48,432 nucleotides of DNA from a virus (IMGVR_UViG_3300050195_000016:1-48432); one strand, 5' to 3'. Numbered from the stretch's first letter, positions 17,014 to 25,392 are shown. The notes: generated by a model not told the origin, from the sequence alone. A program made the numbers and translations.

Positions 17014-18177
17014 ATGTGTGGACTTGTTGGTGTTTACACCAAATTCGCTACTCAAAAAGATGTAGAAATCTTTGAGACTATGTTACAACTAGATGCCATC
17101 CGTGGTAAAGATAGTACAGGTGTTTGTATTGTTAAGAATGAAGATACATTCTTGATTAAGAAAACACTTCTACCTCAAGACCTGATGGATATGCGTCAGT
17201 ATAGTACCATTGTTAAAAATGGTGCTCAGTTATTAATGGGGCATAATCGTGCAGCTACTGCCGGCAAAGTTACCAGTAATAATGCTCACCCATTTGAGAC
17301 AGATAATGTTATTGGTGCTCATAATGGGACATTAGTATTGTGGCATAACCTGTATGAAGCTAATAAGTTCACTGTAGATAGTGAAGCCTTGTTACATCAT
17401 ATTAGTGTAAAAGGTATTGAAGATGCATGGTTAACTAAAGATGGTGCTACTGCATTAACTTACTTCCATAAACAAGAAAAAGCTTTATACCTCGTTCGTA
17501 ACAAAGAACGTCCATTGTTCACTTTAGAACAAGCTAACACTGTATATTATGCATCAGAAGCTTGGATGATCGCTGTAGCTTTACAGAAAGCCGGTGTTAA
17601 GGTCTCTGGTGAGATTAAAGAAGTACCGGAGAATATTGTGCATAAATATAAAGATGGTGTTTTAGAGGGAACATTCCCTGTAAAGGAGCCAGCTCCCTTT
17701 CGTACCTGTACAACTACGACGGGTGGTACGACTCCTACTAAAGTTAGTGTGGAAGAGAAAGGGAACCCAGTATACTTCATCGTAGATCGTCTTGTAACTT
17801 ACTGGGGAGGTGATTGTGTACGTGCAGAAGGTCACTCCACTAATAAATCAAAGACTCCTGTAACAGTTATTGTGGATAAGAAGGAGTATCCAGAGTTGTT
17901 TGAATTGTTCAGTTCTACAGAAGATATTCAATTCTATGGGAAGATATCTTCTAAGGTTAATGGTGGGTATTACGTAGACGTATACTCTGTTCTTGAGATT
18001 GTAGAGGGTGATGAAGATAGTGCCCCATTTGCATTAGCTGACAAGTCTCTGGTTCATTGTGCTTGGTGTGATGAAGTGTATGCTAAGCATGAGTGTGTAT
18101 CAGCAGGTGGTAATGAGTTTGTTTGTAAAGATTGTGCTAGTTTAGATGAAGTTAAATTATATATTAAGGAAGCTTAA
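17014..18177 (+). CDS. Class II (Ntn) glutamine amidotransferase-like protein with a C-terminal Cys-rich domain
   Basis: N-terminal MCGLVG (Cys2 nucleophile) plus GHNRAATAG...NAHPF. The C-terminus has CAWCDE...CKDC, a zinc-ribbon-like pattern. Confidence 0.8.
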   Translation: MCGLVGVYTKFATQKDVEIFETMLQLDAIRGKDSTGVCIVKNEDTFLIKKTLLPQDLMDMRQYSTIVKNGAQLLMGHNRAATAGKVTSNNAHPFETDNVIGAHNGTLVLWHNLYEANKFTVDSEALLHHISVKGIEDAWLTKDGATALTYFHKQEKALYLVRNKERPLFTLEQANTVYYASEAWMIAVALQKAGVKVSGEIKEVPENIVHKYKDGVLEGTFPVKEPAPFRTCTTTTGGTTPTKVSVEEKGNPVYFIVDRLVTYWGGDCVRAEGHSTNKSKTPVTVIVDKKEYPELFELFSSTEDIQFYGKISSKVNGGYYVDVYSVLEIVEGDEDSAPFALADKSLVHCAWCDEVYAKHECVSAGGNEFVCKDCASLDEVKLYIKEA

Positions 18178-18178
18178 A

Positions 18179-18973
18179 ATGACTAAAATTTTAGTAGGTG
18201 CAGACCCAGAAATCTTTGCTAAGAAAGAAGGTAAACTTGTTTCAGCATATGGCTTACTCACTGGCACTAAACATGCTCCACAGATTGTTGATAAAGGGGC
18301 TGTACAGATTGACGGTATGGCTCTGGAATTCAACATCAACCCTGCGGCTAATGAGCAGGAATTCCTTACTAACATTGAAACAGTTATGTCAATCATGCAG
18401 AAGATGTCTGGTGCTGAGTTTGCTATTCAACCTGTAGCAGATTTTGGTGAAGAATACATGAAGACTCAACCTAAAGAAGCATTAGAACTTGGCTGTGATC
18501 CTGACTTCAATGCATGGAATGTTGCTGTTAACCCTCGTCCTAACGGTGATCGTCCTTTCCGTACAGCAGCTGGTCATATTCATATTGGTTTCTGTGATGA
18601 TGGTGAACCAGAGAATATGTTCTACTTAGAATATGTATCTGAGTTTGTACGTGAACTCGACTTCTATCTTGGCCTACCTTCATTGTTCTTAGATAACCAT
18701 GCAGATAGTTCACGTCGTCGTGAATTGTATGGCAAGGCTGGTGCATTCCGCCCTAAAGTGTATGGTGTTGAGTATCGTACTCTGTCAAACTTCTGGCTTG
18801 CTTCTAAAGAGCTACAGAAGTGGGCTTACAATTCCACTGTTAATGCATGGGAAGCATTTAGTAGTGGTAAAGTGTTGGCTAAGAAGTACGGGGATATCCA
18901 AAGTATTATCAACTCCTCTAACAAAGAAGCTGCTAAAAAGATCATTGATGAAGAGGGATTGATGAATGTTTGA
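18179..18973 (+). CDS. Phage COOH-NH2 ligase (phiEco32-like type 2, glutamine synthetase fold)
   Basis: Begins MTKILVGADPEIF, with DGMALEFNI, AAGHIHIGF and GVEYRTLSNFW, as I recall for the phiEco32-like COOH-NH2 ligase family. The start at 18179 follows AAGGAAG. Confidence 0.7.
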   Translation: MTKILVGADPEIFAKKEGKLVSAYGLLTGTKHAPQIVDKGAVQIDGMALEFNINPAANEQEFLTNIETVMSIMQKMSGAEFAIQPVADFGEEYMKTQPKEALELGCDPDFNAWNVAVNPRPNGDRPFRTAAGHIHIGFCDDGEPENMFYLEYVSEFVRELDFYLGLPSLFLDNHADSSRRRELYGKAGAFRPKVYGVEYRTLSNFWLASKELQKWAYNSTVNAWEAFSSGKVLAKKYGDIQSIINSSNKEAAKKIIDEEGLMNV

Positions 18974-19211
18974 ACCAGACTGGGGAGAAACACTAGAACT
19001 ATGCACCAGCGTTTTCAGGGATGAAAAAGACAAGAACTTATTCTATTTGGTACTTTTTGAAGAAGTAAAATCTGAATATGGAAACCTTGTAGTATTCGCT
19101 AAAAACTCTAATGAATGTGTGTGTGCAATGCCAGTAAAAGAGTTTTACGAAGGGCTTATTCCTGCTACAGAAGAAGAAGTGCAACGATTGTCAGAGGAGG
19201 GGTTTTTGTGA
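18966..19211 (+). CDS. Hypothetical protein (81 aa)
   Basis: ORF overlapping the upstream stop. Confidence 0.5.
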   Translation: MFEPDWGETLELCTSVFRDEKDKNLFYLVLFEEVKSEYGNLVVFAKNSNECVCAMPVKEFYEGLIPATEEEVQRLSEEGFL

Positions 19212-19291
19212 AATTTAAAATTGGGGATAGAGTTACTTATAATGACTTTGGTAGCCCAGTTAAACCTATAGTAGAATTTAAGGGAAATTGA
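19208..19291 (+). CDS. Mini-ORF (27 aa, GTG start), a truncated GDRV...FKGN family member
   Basis: Hand-translated as (M)KFKIGDRVTYNDFGSPVKPIVEFKGN. GAGGAGGGG lies upstream and the GTG overlaps the upstream TGA. Confidence 0.4.
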   Translation: MKFKIGDRVTYNDFGSPVKPIVEFKGN

Positions 19292-19292
19292 T

Positions 19293-20039
19293 ATGAAAAC
19301 TATGATGTATGCTTATAAGATGGGTAGTCAAGGTGCTAAAGCTTTAGCTGGTGCTATGGGTATTAAACGCATTCTGCATAATGGTACAGCTAAACTTAAT
19401 GTAGATGTGTTGATTAACTGGGGATCTGGGAGTCTACCAGCTCGTGTTAATGCTAAACGTGTCCTCAATAACCCAGAAGCTGTTACATTGTCTGCAAACA
19501 AGCTGAAAGCATTTGTAGCGATGAAGGACACTGGATGCACAGTAGACTATACCAGTAGTAAAGAAATTGCTCTACGTTGGATTGAGGAAGGTTCTACAGT
19601 GGTTTGTCGTACCATCCTTAATGGACATTCAGGAAATGGTATCATCATTGCTGAAAAAGCTGATGAGTTAGTTGATGCCCCATTGTACACAAAGTACTTT
19701 AATAAGAAAGAAGAATATCGAGTTCACGTCTTCAATGGTGAAATGTTGTATGCTCAACGTAAAGCACGTAAACGTGAAGTACCAGATGATAAAGTTAACT
19801 GGAAAGTACGTAACCATGATAATGGATTTATCTTCCAGTTGAATGGTTTTGTTCTACCAGAAGTGTGTAAAGATGTCGCTATCAAGGCAGTTAAAGCATT
19901 AGGTCTTGATTTTGGGGCTGTTGATGTTGGATATACCAATGGAGTTGCTAAGGTGTTTGAAGTTAACACAGCTCCGGGTCTTACAGGTACATCTATCGAG
20001 CTGTACAAAGACGCTGTAAACAACTTTATTGGGGGGTAG
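19293..20039 (+). CDS. ATP-grasp ligase (RimK-like)
   Basis: YRVHVF, KVRNHDNG and GAVDVG...FEVNTAPGL, the pattern of an ATP-grasp C-terminal domain. Confidence 0.8.
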   Translation: MKTMMYAYKMGSQGAKALAGAMGIKRILHNGTAKLNVDVLINWGSGSLPARVNAKRVLNNPEAVTLSANKLKAFVAMKDTGCTVDYTSSKEIALRWIEEGSTVVCRTILNGHSGNGIIIAEKADELVDAPLYTKYFNKKEEYRVHVFNGEMLYAQRKARKREVPDDKVNWKVRNHDNGFIFQLNGFVLPEVCKDVAIKAVKALGLDFGAVDVGYTNGVAKVFEVNTAPGLTGTSIELYKDAVNNFIGG

Positions 20040-20042
20040 GGT

Positions 20043-20237
20043 ATGTCTGATATTAAAGCTGGAGATAGAGTTGTTGTAGTAAGTAGCAGGAAAGAGATTT
20101 TAATTGGTGGTATTTTTGAAGTATTAAAGGTTGATGGTACTTCTGTTAAATTAGATATCTCTAATTTATACGGGCAGTCATATTGGACTACAACTAAAGA
20201 CCGTGTTAAAAAGGTTTGTGTGTTTAGGGGGAACTAG
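20043..20237 (+). CDS. Small GDRV...FRGN family protein (64 aa)
   Basis: Begins MSDIKAGDRVVVV and ends VFRGN. Confidence 0.55.
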   Translation: MSDIKAGDRVVVVSSRKEILIGGIFEVLKVDGTSVKLDISNLYGQSYWTTTKDRVKKVCVFRGN

Positions 20238-20238
20238 T

Positions 20239-20469
20239 ATGTGCACTATTAAGTTAAGTAGTAAAGTTAGGTTAAACCCAGATAAGGTGCACTATAACCT
20301 TAAACACCAACTTAATAACAATATAGGTGAAATAGTAAGGATTACCAGAGGTGGTCCACACAAAAGACCTGTTACCTACACGGTTACTTGGGATTACTTG
20401 GGGGAGAGGTTTACTAATTTTTACGGTGAAGAAGCTTTAATCTTGTATAAACCTTTTAAGGGGAACTAA
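20239..20469 (+). CDS. Small protein ending LILYKPFKGN (76 aa), paralog of 20911..21126
   Basis: The ATG at 20239 follows the junction motif. Its C-terminus EEALILYKPFKGN matches EEDLILYKSFKGN. Confidence 0.55.
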   Translation: MCTIKLSSKVRLNPDKVHYNLKHQLNNNIGEIVRITRGGPHKRPVTYTVTWDYLGERFTNFYGEEALILYKPFKGN

Positions 20470-20921
20470 TGGACTTAGCAGAAGATTATAAAGCTAATTA
20501 CAAAAAATGGGTTAAGCTAGCTAATTGGCGTGTAGATAGTTTCTGGGCTGAGGATGTAGTACAGGAAACTTATGAACGTGCATTACGTTGGTATAAACCG
20601 GAGACAGTGTTGAGCTTTGATGCATGGATGATGTCTACCTTCAAGTCTGTTTGTGCTAAATATTTAGCCATCTCAATGGGAAGATACACTGACATTGATG
20701 AAGAGGAAATTGAAGACGCTGCTAATACAGCTAGTGCAGAGATTGCTGAGGAATTTATCCATCGTACTAAAGGAATGCGTGAAGACCATCAACACATTTT
20801 ATATTGTTCTCTAATTCTTGGTATGCGTGACTTAGAGATTATTAAAGCTACTGGTGTATCTGGTGCAAATATCCGTAAGATACGTAGTAGATTTATTAAG
20901 GAGACTAATAGTGGAATTTAA
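20469..20921 (+). CDS. ECF-like sigma factor (putative)
   Basis: 150 aa. Region-2-like AEDVVQETYERALRWY and a region-4-like helix-turn-helix, LEIIKATGVSGANIRKIRSRF. Confidence 0.6.
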   Translation: MDLAEDYKANYKKWVKLANWRVDSFWAEDVVQETYERALRWYKPETVLSFDAWMMSTFKSVCAKYLAISMGRYTDIDEEEIEDAANTASAEIAEEFIHRTKGMREDHQHILYCSLILGMRDLEIIKATGVSGANIRKIRSRFIKETNSGI

Positions 20922-21126
20922 AGAAGGGGATAAAGTAAAATTAAGTAAAGATAGTCGCTTTTACTGCAATTCCCCATACCAATTAGGGGATAATATAGGG
21001 GTTGTGCTTGTAGCACTTCCGGGTTATCTAGGGGTAGGCTGGATTGATAAAAATACAGAGAATGAAAAAAGAAACTCTTATTGGGAAGAAGATTTAATCC
21101 TATACAAATCTTTTAAAGGAAACTGA
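20911..21126 (+). CDS. Small GDKV...FKGN family protein (71 aa, GTG start)
   Basis: AAGGAG lies 8 nt upstream of the GTG at 20911. Begins (M)EFKEGDKVKL and ends YKSFKGN. Confidence 0.5.
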   Translation: MEFKEGDKVKLSKDSRFYCNSPYQLGDNIGVVLVALPGYLGVGWIDKNTENEKRNSYWEEDLILYKSFKGN

Positions 21127-21127
21127 T

Positions 21128-21373
21128 ATGTCTAGAAGTTTTAAAAAAGTGGTTGGATATAAAGACAATAATAACAAAGTATATAAAAAGCATTCTAATA
21201 AAGTAGCACGTAAAGATATGGAATTACAGGACGGTATGCAGTATAAACGTAATGACCTGTCATGGGACATTTGTGACTGGAAGATTATGCTGCATACTGA
21301 CACAGATATTATTAAGTGGATTACCCGTAGCCGCCCGTTCTTCCGGCCTCTACATAAACTATATACCAAATAA
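21128..21373 (+). CDS. Hypothetical basic protein (81 aa)
   Basis: ORF after a junction motif, Lys/Arg-rich. Confidence 0.5.
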   Translation: MSRSFKKVVGYKDNNNKVYKKHSNKVARKDMELQDGMQYKRNDLSWDICDWKIMLHTDTDIIKWITRSRPFFRPLHKLYTK

Positions 21374-21385
21374 TGGAGGTGGTAG

Positions 21386-21946
21386 ATGAAATGCTTCTAT
21401 CTAAAGCAGGACTTTAACCAACGTATAGTTGGAGGGCTCTGTAAAGCTCGTGGTGAAGTTGTGTTCATCACTAGGTACACAGATGAAGGGTTCAGAGGTG
21501 TAACACTGCTACAGCAGGAACTAGGCGGTATTAAGCCAGATGAGTTAGATGTATCCCCCTTACCACTAGGCAATGTATTTTTGGGTAAGTCATATGTATA
21601 TACATCAATGTGTCCAGCTCGTCAATACAAGCAGACACTGAATAACGAGACTTTTGTCTCACATAGAATGCCGTGGGAGTGTAAGAACATCACACTAGAG
21701 ACGCCTGCATTGTTGAGAACAATCTCTAATACATTCATGTCTGCTGTTGACGCATTCAAAATTGTTCTAGCTGGAGGTGCTACAGCTATTCCATTCAGTC
21801 GTGAATTTGGTGTTGCTAAAGTAAATGAATCATTTAATGTAGTATACAAAGACGAACTGGTAGGAAGTGTTACAAAAGTTGGTGTGTCTTTATTTCCTAA
21901 TAAATTTTATCTTAAAGAATCTCTGGAGGAAGCTCTTAATGGCTAA
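21386..21946 (+). CDS. Hypothetical protein (186 aa)
   Basis: ORF overlapping the start of the amidoligase gene by 8 nt. Confidence 0.55.
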   Translation: MKCFYLKQDFNQRIVGGLCKARGEVVFITRYTDEGFRGVTLLQQELGGIKPDELDVSPLPLGNVFLGKSYVYTSMCPARQYKQTLNNETFVSHRMPWECKNITLETPALLRTISNTFMSAVDAFKIVLAGGATAIPFSREFGVAKVNESFNVVYKDELVGSVTKVGVSLFPNKFYLKESLEEALNG

Positions 21947-22721
21947 AACAATTAAAGAGTTGTTGGGTCTTCCTAACAATTACAAAGATGTATACGGCGT
22001 TGAGTTTGAGATTGAGTACAAACGTGGGGTGGAATTTAAGAGAGCCCCAGAAGGGTGGAGCGTAGACCCTGATGAACATTCTATCCGTAATGGTCTTGAG
22101 TATGTTATGGACCGACCAGAGGACTTAATTAGTGTCCGCAGAACTATTGATAAATTCTCTGAAGTAGTGCCAACAGACATTGTTAATGACAATGGATACG
22201 CAGGAACACATGTACATTGTAATGTGTCAGACTTAACTAAGAACCAATTATTCAATTTTATTCTCACCTATCTGTCTATGGAGAATGTATTAAGCAAACG
22301 TTTCTTTGGGGAAGACCGAGAAGGAAGTTTGTTCTGTCTACGTTTATCTGATGCAGACTACTTAGAGAAAATCCTACGTCGTGTAGTAGTAGAAGATAAT
22401 TTACGTTTGTTAGAGCAGGAGAATATTCGTTATTGTAGTTTGAACGTTCTATCTCTGTTTAAATATGGAACATTAGAGTTCCGTGGTCTACGTGGTGATG
22501 GTGATTATGAACGTGTCAAAGATTGGATTGTTGTTATTCATGCACTTAAAGAGTTCTCACGAAAAGTAGAAGATCCAATTGCATTGCTTACTCTGTCTTC
22601 TAAAACTGCTGGGGAATTTGCAAAAGAAATCCTACCAGACCTATCTAAAGAAGAGCAGCAGGAAGTGTATCGTGGTGTGAGACGTGTACAAGGTATTGCG
22701 TTTGAAGGTTCATGGGAATAG
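21939..22721 (+). CDS. Putative amidoligase (Amidoligase_2-like, glutamine synthetase fold)
   Basis: Begins MAKTIKELLG, with YGVEFEIEY, GLEYV, GTHVHCNV and GTLEFRGL. GGAGGA lies 8 nt upstream of the ATG at 21939. Confidence 0.65.
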   Translation: MAKTIKELLGLPNNYKDVYGVEFEIEYKRGVEFKRAPEGWSVDPDEHSIRNGLEYVMDRPEDLISVRRTIDKFSEVVPTDIVNDNGYAGTHVHCNVSDLTKNQLFNFILTYLSMENVLSKRFFGEDREGSLFCLRLSDADYLEKILRRVVVEDNLRLLEQENIRYCSLNVLSLFKYGTLEFRGLRGDGDYERVKDWIVVIHALKEFSRKVEDPIALLTLSSKTAGEFAKEILPDLSKEEQQEVYRGVRRVQGIAFEGSWE

Positions 22722-22748
22722 TAAACTTTTGTAAGGAGTGTAATAGTA

Positions 22749-22943
22749 ATGTCACAAAATATTGATTTTACCACTCTAGACTATACACCACCAATTGGAG
22801 CCAAGTATATAGATTGGTTCGGCGGTTATTGGAAAGTGGTTGGAACTCACTATCTTAAATGGGAAAGATATACAAACAGGTGGACAGTTAAATCGTACAT
22901 CCCTCGTGGTCTACGTGATATTAATGTGTTTAAGGGGAATTAG
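22749..22943 (+). CDS. Small protein ending VFKGN (64 aa)
   Basis: ORF with AAGGAG upstream and the junction motif at its 3' end. Confidence 0.55.
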   Translation: MSQNIDFTTLDYTPPIGAKYIDWFGGYWKVVGTHYLKWERYTNRWTVKSYIPRGLRDINVFKGN

Positions 22944-22945
22944 TA

Positions 22946-23158
22946 ATGGAAGAATATACACATGTGTTAATTCACGTAATAACTGAAACTCAGTGGTTTA
23001 TTAGATTTGTTGGTAATAATGCTTACTGGAGAAGTAAAAACAGTGATGAGACTGGTGTGTTCCCCTTATTTGGCACAGTAGAGCAGTATAAATTAAAGGT
23101 GGAACCACAGGGGTTTAAACTAACTAAACTAAATACTGTAAAGTTCAGGGGTAATTAA
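22946..23158 (+). CDS. Small protein ending KFRGN (70 aa), tandem paralog of 23162..23371
   Basis: EYTHVLIHV...WFIRFVGNNAYW compared with EYTHKLIVE...WLMRFSGGNVEW. Confidence 0.6.
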   Translation: MEEYTHVLIHVITETQWFIRFVGNNAYWRSKNSDETGVFPLFGTVEQYKLKVEPQGFKLTKLNTVKFRGN

Positions 23159-23161
23159 TAG

Positions 23162-23371
23162 ATGAGTGAATATACACACAAGTTAATAGTTGAGGGAGAT
23201 GAGTGGCTTATGCGGTTTTCAGGGGGTAATGTAGAATGGATACATGTTAGTTCTGGGAAGATTGGTGTTACCCGAGGTAGCTATACTTCTGTTGAGGACT
23301 GTTATAAAGAGATGTTTAAAAGTAGAGGATCCTCACTTAAACTAATTAAAAATACATTTAAAGGAAACTAA
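23162..23371 (+). CDS. Small protein ending TFKGN (69 aa), tandem paralog of 22946..23158
   Basis: See 22946..23158. Confidence 0.6.
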   Translation: MSEYTHKLIVEGDEWLMRFSGGNVEWIHVSSGKIGVTRGSYTSVEDCYKEMFKSRGSSLKLIKNTFKGN

Positions 23372-23372
23372 A

Positions 23373-23645
23373 ATGGGAGTGTGGTCTTATATACATGGGA
23401 ACGTTTCTCTCCCAAAGAAGGAACATGTATCAATTGAAAAAGCTGTACGCTGCTACTTCCGTCAATCAGAGAAGTTTAAACTAACTAAAATAACTGAGAA
23501 TGAACACTACCATTTCGTGCATATTAGCTTTAATGTAGATGAATCTGGCTGCTCTGTAGCAGATAATTTACAATTGCTATTAACTTCTCTGGACGGACTT
23601 GGCTGTAAATACGATTTGGAGGTGTCATTACGCTACCTTAATTAA
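23373..23645 (+). CDS. Hypothetical protein (90 aa)
   Basis: ORF after a junction motif. Confidence 0.5.
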   Translation: MGVWSYIHGNVSLPKKEHVSIEKAVRCYFRQSEKFKLTKITENEHYHFVHISFNVDESGCSVADNLQLLLTSLDGLGCKYDLEVSLRYLN

Positions 23646-23653
23646 GGAGCCGT

Positions 23654-24619
23654 ATGGCAGGTGATTGTGTAGAAAAGATGGGGCATTCCTGTGGTACTCA
23701 CCAAGGACTGCAAGTGTTTCTAAATGAGGATGGTACATACTCAGGATTCTGTTTTAGTTGTAATAAGTATGTAGCAGATCCATATAAAGATAAACCAAAG
23801 GGGTATAAGCCAGTAGCAGTTAAGAAGACTGCTGAAGAAATCGAAGCAGAGATTGCAGAGATTAAAGACATGGGCACTCAGGATATTCCTGAGAGAATGT
23901 TAATGAAGAAGTATTTAGAATACTTTGGAGTGAAGGTTGGTTATGACGAGAGGGTAGCTGGTAAGGTTAACTTTATGGCATTCCCTTATAATCAAGGGAA
24001 AGGTTTTAAATGTAATCTACTATCTCCTAAGAAGTTCTGGTCAGTTGGTGATGCATCTGGTTCTGACTTCTTCGGTCTTGACAAAGCTCTACAAACAGGT
24101 GCTAAGCGTTTATATATTACTGAAGGCGAGAAGGATGCGGTTACTCTTTTCCAAGTAATGAAAGAGAGTAATAACAACCCTAAGTTTGCAGACTTTAATC
24201 CAGCAGTAGTAAGTCTTCCTCATGGTATTGCCTCTGCTACAGCAGATATCTCCACTAAGATTGAAGTGTTTCGTAAGCACTTTAAAGAAATTGTATTAGT
24301 GTTTGATATGGACGCTCCGGGACGTGCTGGAGCAGCTGATGTATGCAGGGTGTACCCAGACTTTCTTTCTGTAGACCTACCAGCTAAAGATCCTAATGAA
24401 TGCTTAATGCAAGGATTCAAGAAGGGTTTGTTTAATGCTGTTATGTTTAATGCAGAAAAACCAAAGAACTCCCGTTTAGTATTTGGGAGTTCATTACGTG
24501 AGTCTGCAATGAAAGCGCCTGAATGGGGATTGTCTTGGCCTTGGCAAGGTCTTACAGACCTCACTCGTGGTATTCGTAGAGGAGAGACTTACTACCTAGG
24601 CGCTGGCGTTAAAATGGGT
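23654..24619 (+). CDS. Primase-helicase (T7 gp4-like), exon 1
   Basis: Zinc-finger-like HSCGT...CFSCNKY, and TOPRIM motifs LYITEGEKDA and VFDMDAPGR. The exon ends inside Walker A (GAGVKMG|). The extra residues QLIVSY-stop in the track ORF are intron sequence. Confidence 0.8.
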
Positions 24620-25392
24620 CAACTTATTGTTAGTTATTAACAAATTAGCTCATTTAAAATTCCTTTAATTGCTGGGAGGTCCCTTTGGGATAATCAGCAG
24701 CCAAGATCCTGCAACCTTTATAAAACAGGAGAGTTGATGAAACATATCCAAATAGAAGGTTGTGAACACTACTCTATTAATGAATTAGGTGTAGTTGTAA
24801 ACACTAAGACAGGTCTGGTGTTGAAGCCGGACATTAATAGTGCTGGGTACCAGAGAGTTACTCTTTGGAATGGGAAGTATACAAGAGTTTTTGTACATAG
24901 GCTTGTAGCTACTCATTTTGTGGATAACCCAAATCAGTACCCTATAGTTAATCATATTGATGGGAATAAGCTTAATAACCACTACTCTAACTTAGAGTGG
25001 TGCACAGCAAGCTACAATGTTAAAGATGGATTTAACAGAGGACGTGTTAGTAAAGGAAGCCCCGGAGTACCAGCCGTAAACAGGTCGTTAACTGATGAAC
25101 AAGTTAGGTTAATTAGAGAACTAAGAAAAATTGGCTGGGTTAGAAAAGACATACTCGCACTTGTTAATTGCAGTGTTGATGTATACAAAAGGGTTTTTAA
25201 ATATTATAAGCACGTAGTCTAATCAATTTGGTTGCAGGATAAGGTTCAACGACTAGTCGAAAGACGTAGGGCTAAGCGGCTCGAAACGGGGAACTCCCTA
25301 TTGGGATGAAGATATAGTCTGGTCTGCATAGCAATATGCAGCAGTTCATAAGAGAACGGGGGTGGAACTAGCGAGACGCCTCGAACAACACG
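24620..25392 (+). mobile_element. Group I intron (773 nt) carrying a homing endonuclease ORF
   Basis: The exon 1 end AAAUGGGU can pair with GCUCAUUU (24648-24655), giving a P1 helix with U.G at the splice site. The intron ends in G at 25392. Splicing restores GAGVKMG-KSELV. The core segments AATTGCTGG, AATCAGCAGC and GATGAAGATATAGTCTG are shared with the polymerase intron. Confidence 0.75.
24737..25222 (+). CDS. HNH homing endonuclease (HNH_3/I-HmuI-like with a NUMOD4-like N-terminus)
   Basis: YSINELGVV, GYQRVTL, VHRLVA..F and NHIDGNKLNNHYSNLEW. AGGAG lies 5 nt upstream of the ATG at 24737. The ORF sits inside the intron. Confidence 0.8.
   Translation: MKHIQIEGCEHYSINELGVVVNTKTGLVLKPDINSAGYQRVTLWNGKYTRVFVHRLVATHFVDNPNQYPIVNHIDGNKLNNHYSNLEWCTASYNVKDGFNRGRVSKGSPGVPAVNRSLTDEQVRLIRELRKIGWVRKDILALVNCSVDVYKRVFKYYKHVV

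Noticed and set aside
14083-22721. Reading the amidoligase/GATase module as a DNA base hypermodification pathway
   Set aside because: I could not find the usual partners anywhere in the genome: a thymidylate-synthase-like hydroxymethylase, a 5-hmdU DNA kinase, a glycosyltransferase, DpdA/Tgt or a QueC-type enzyme. The idea remains open but is unsupported by the sequence.
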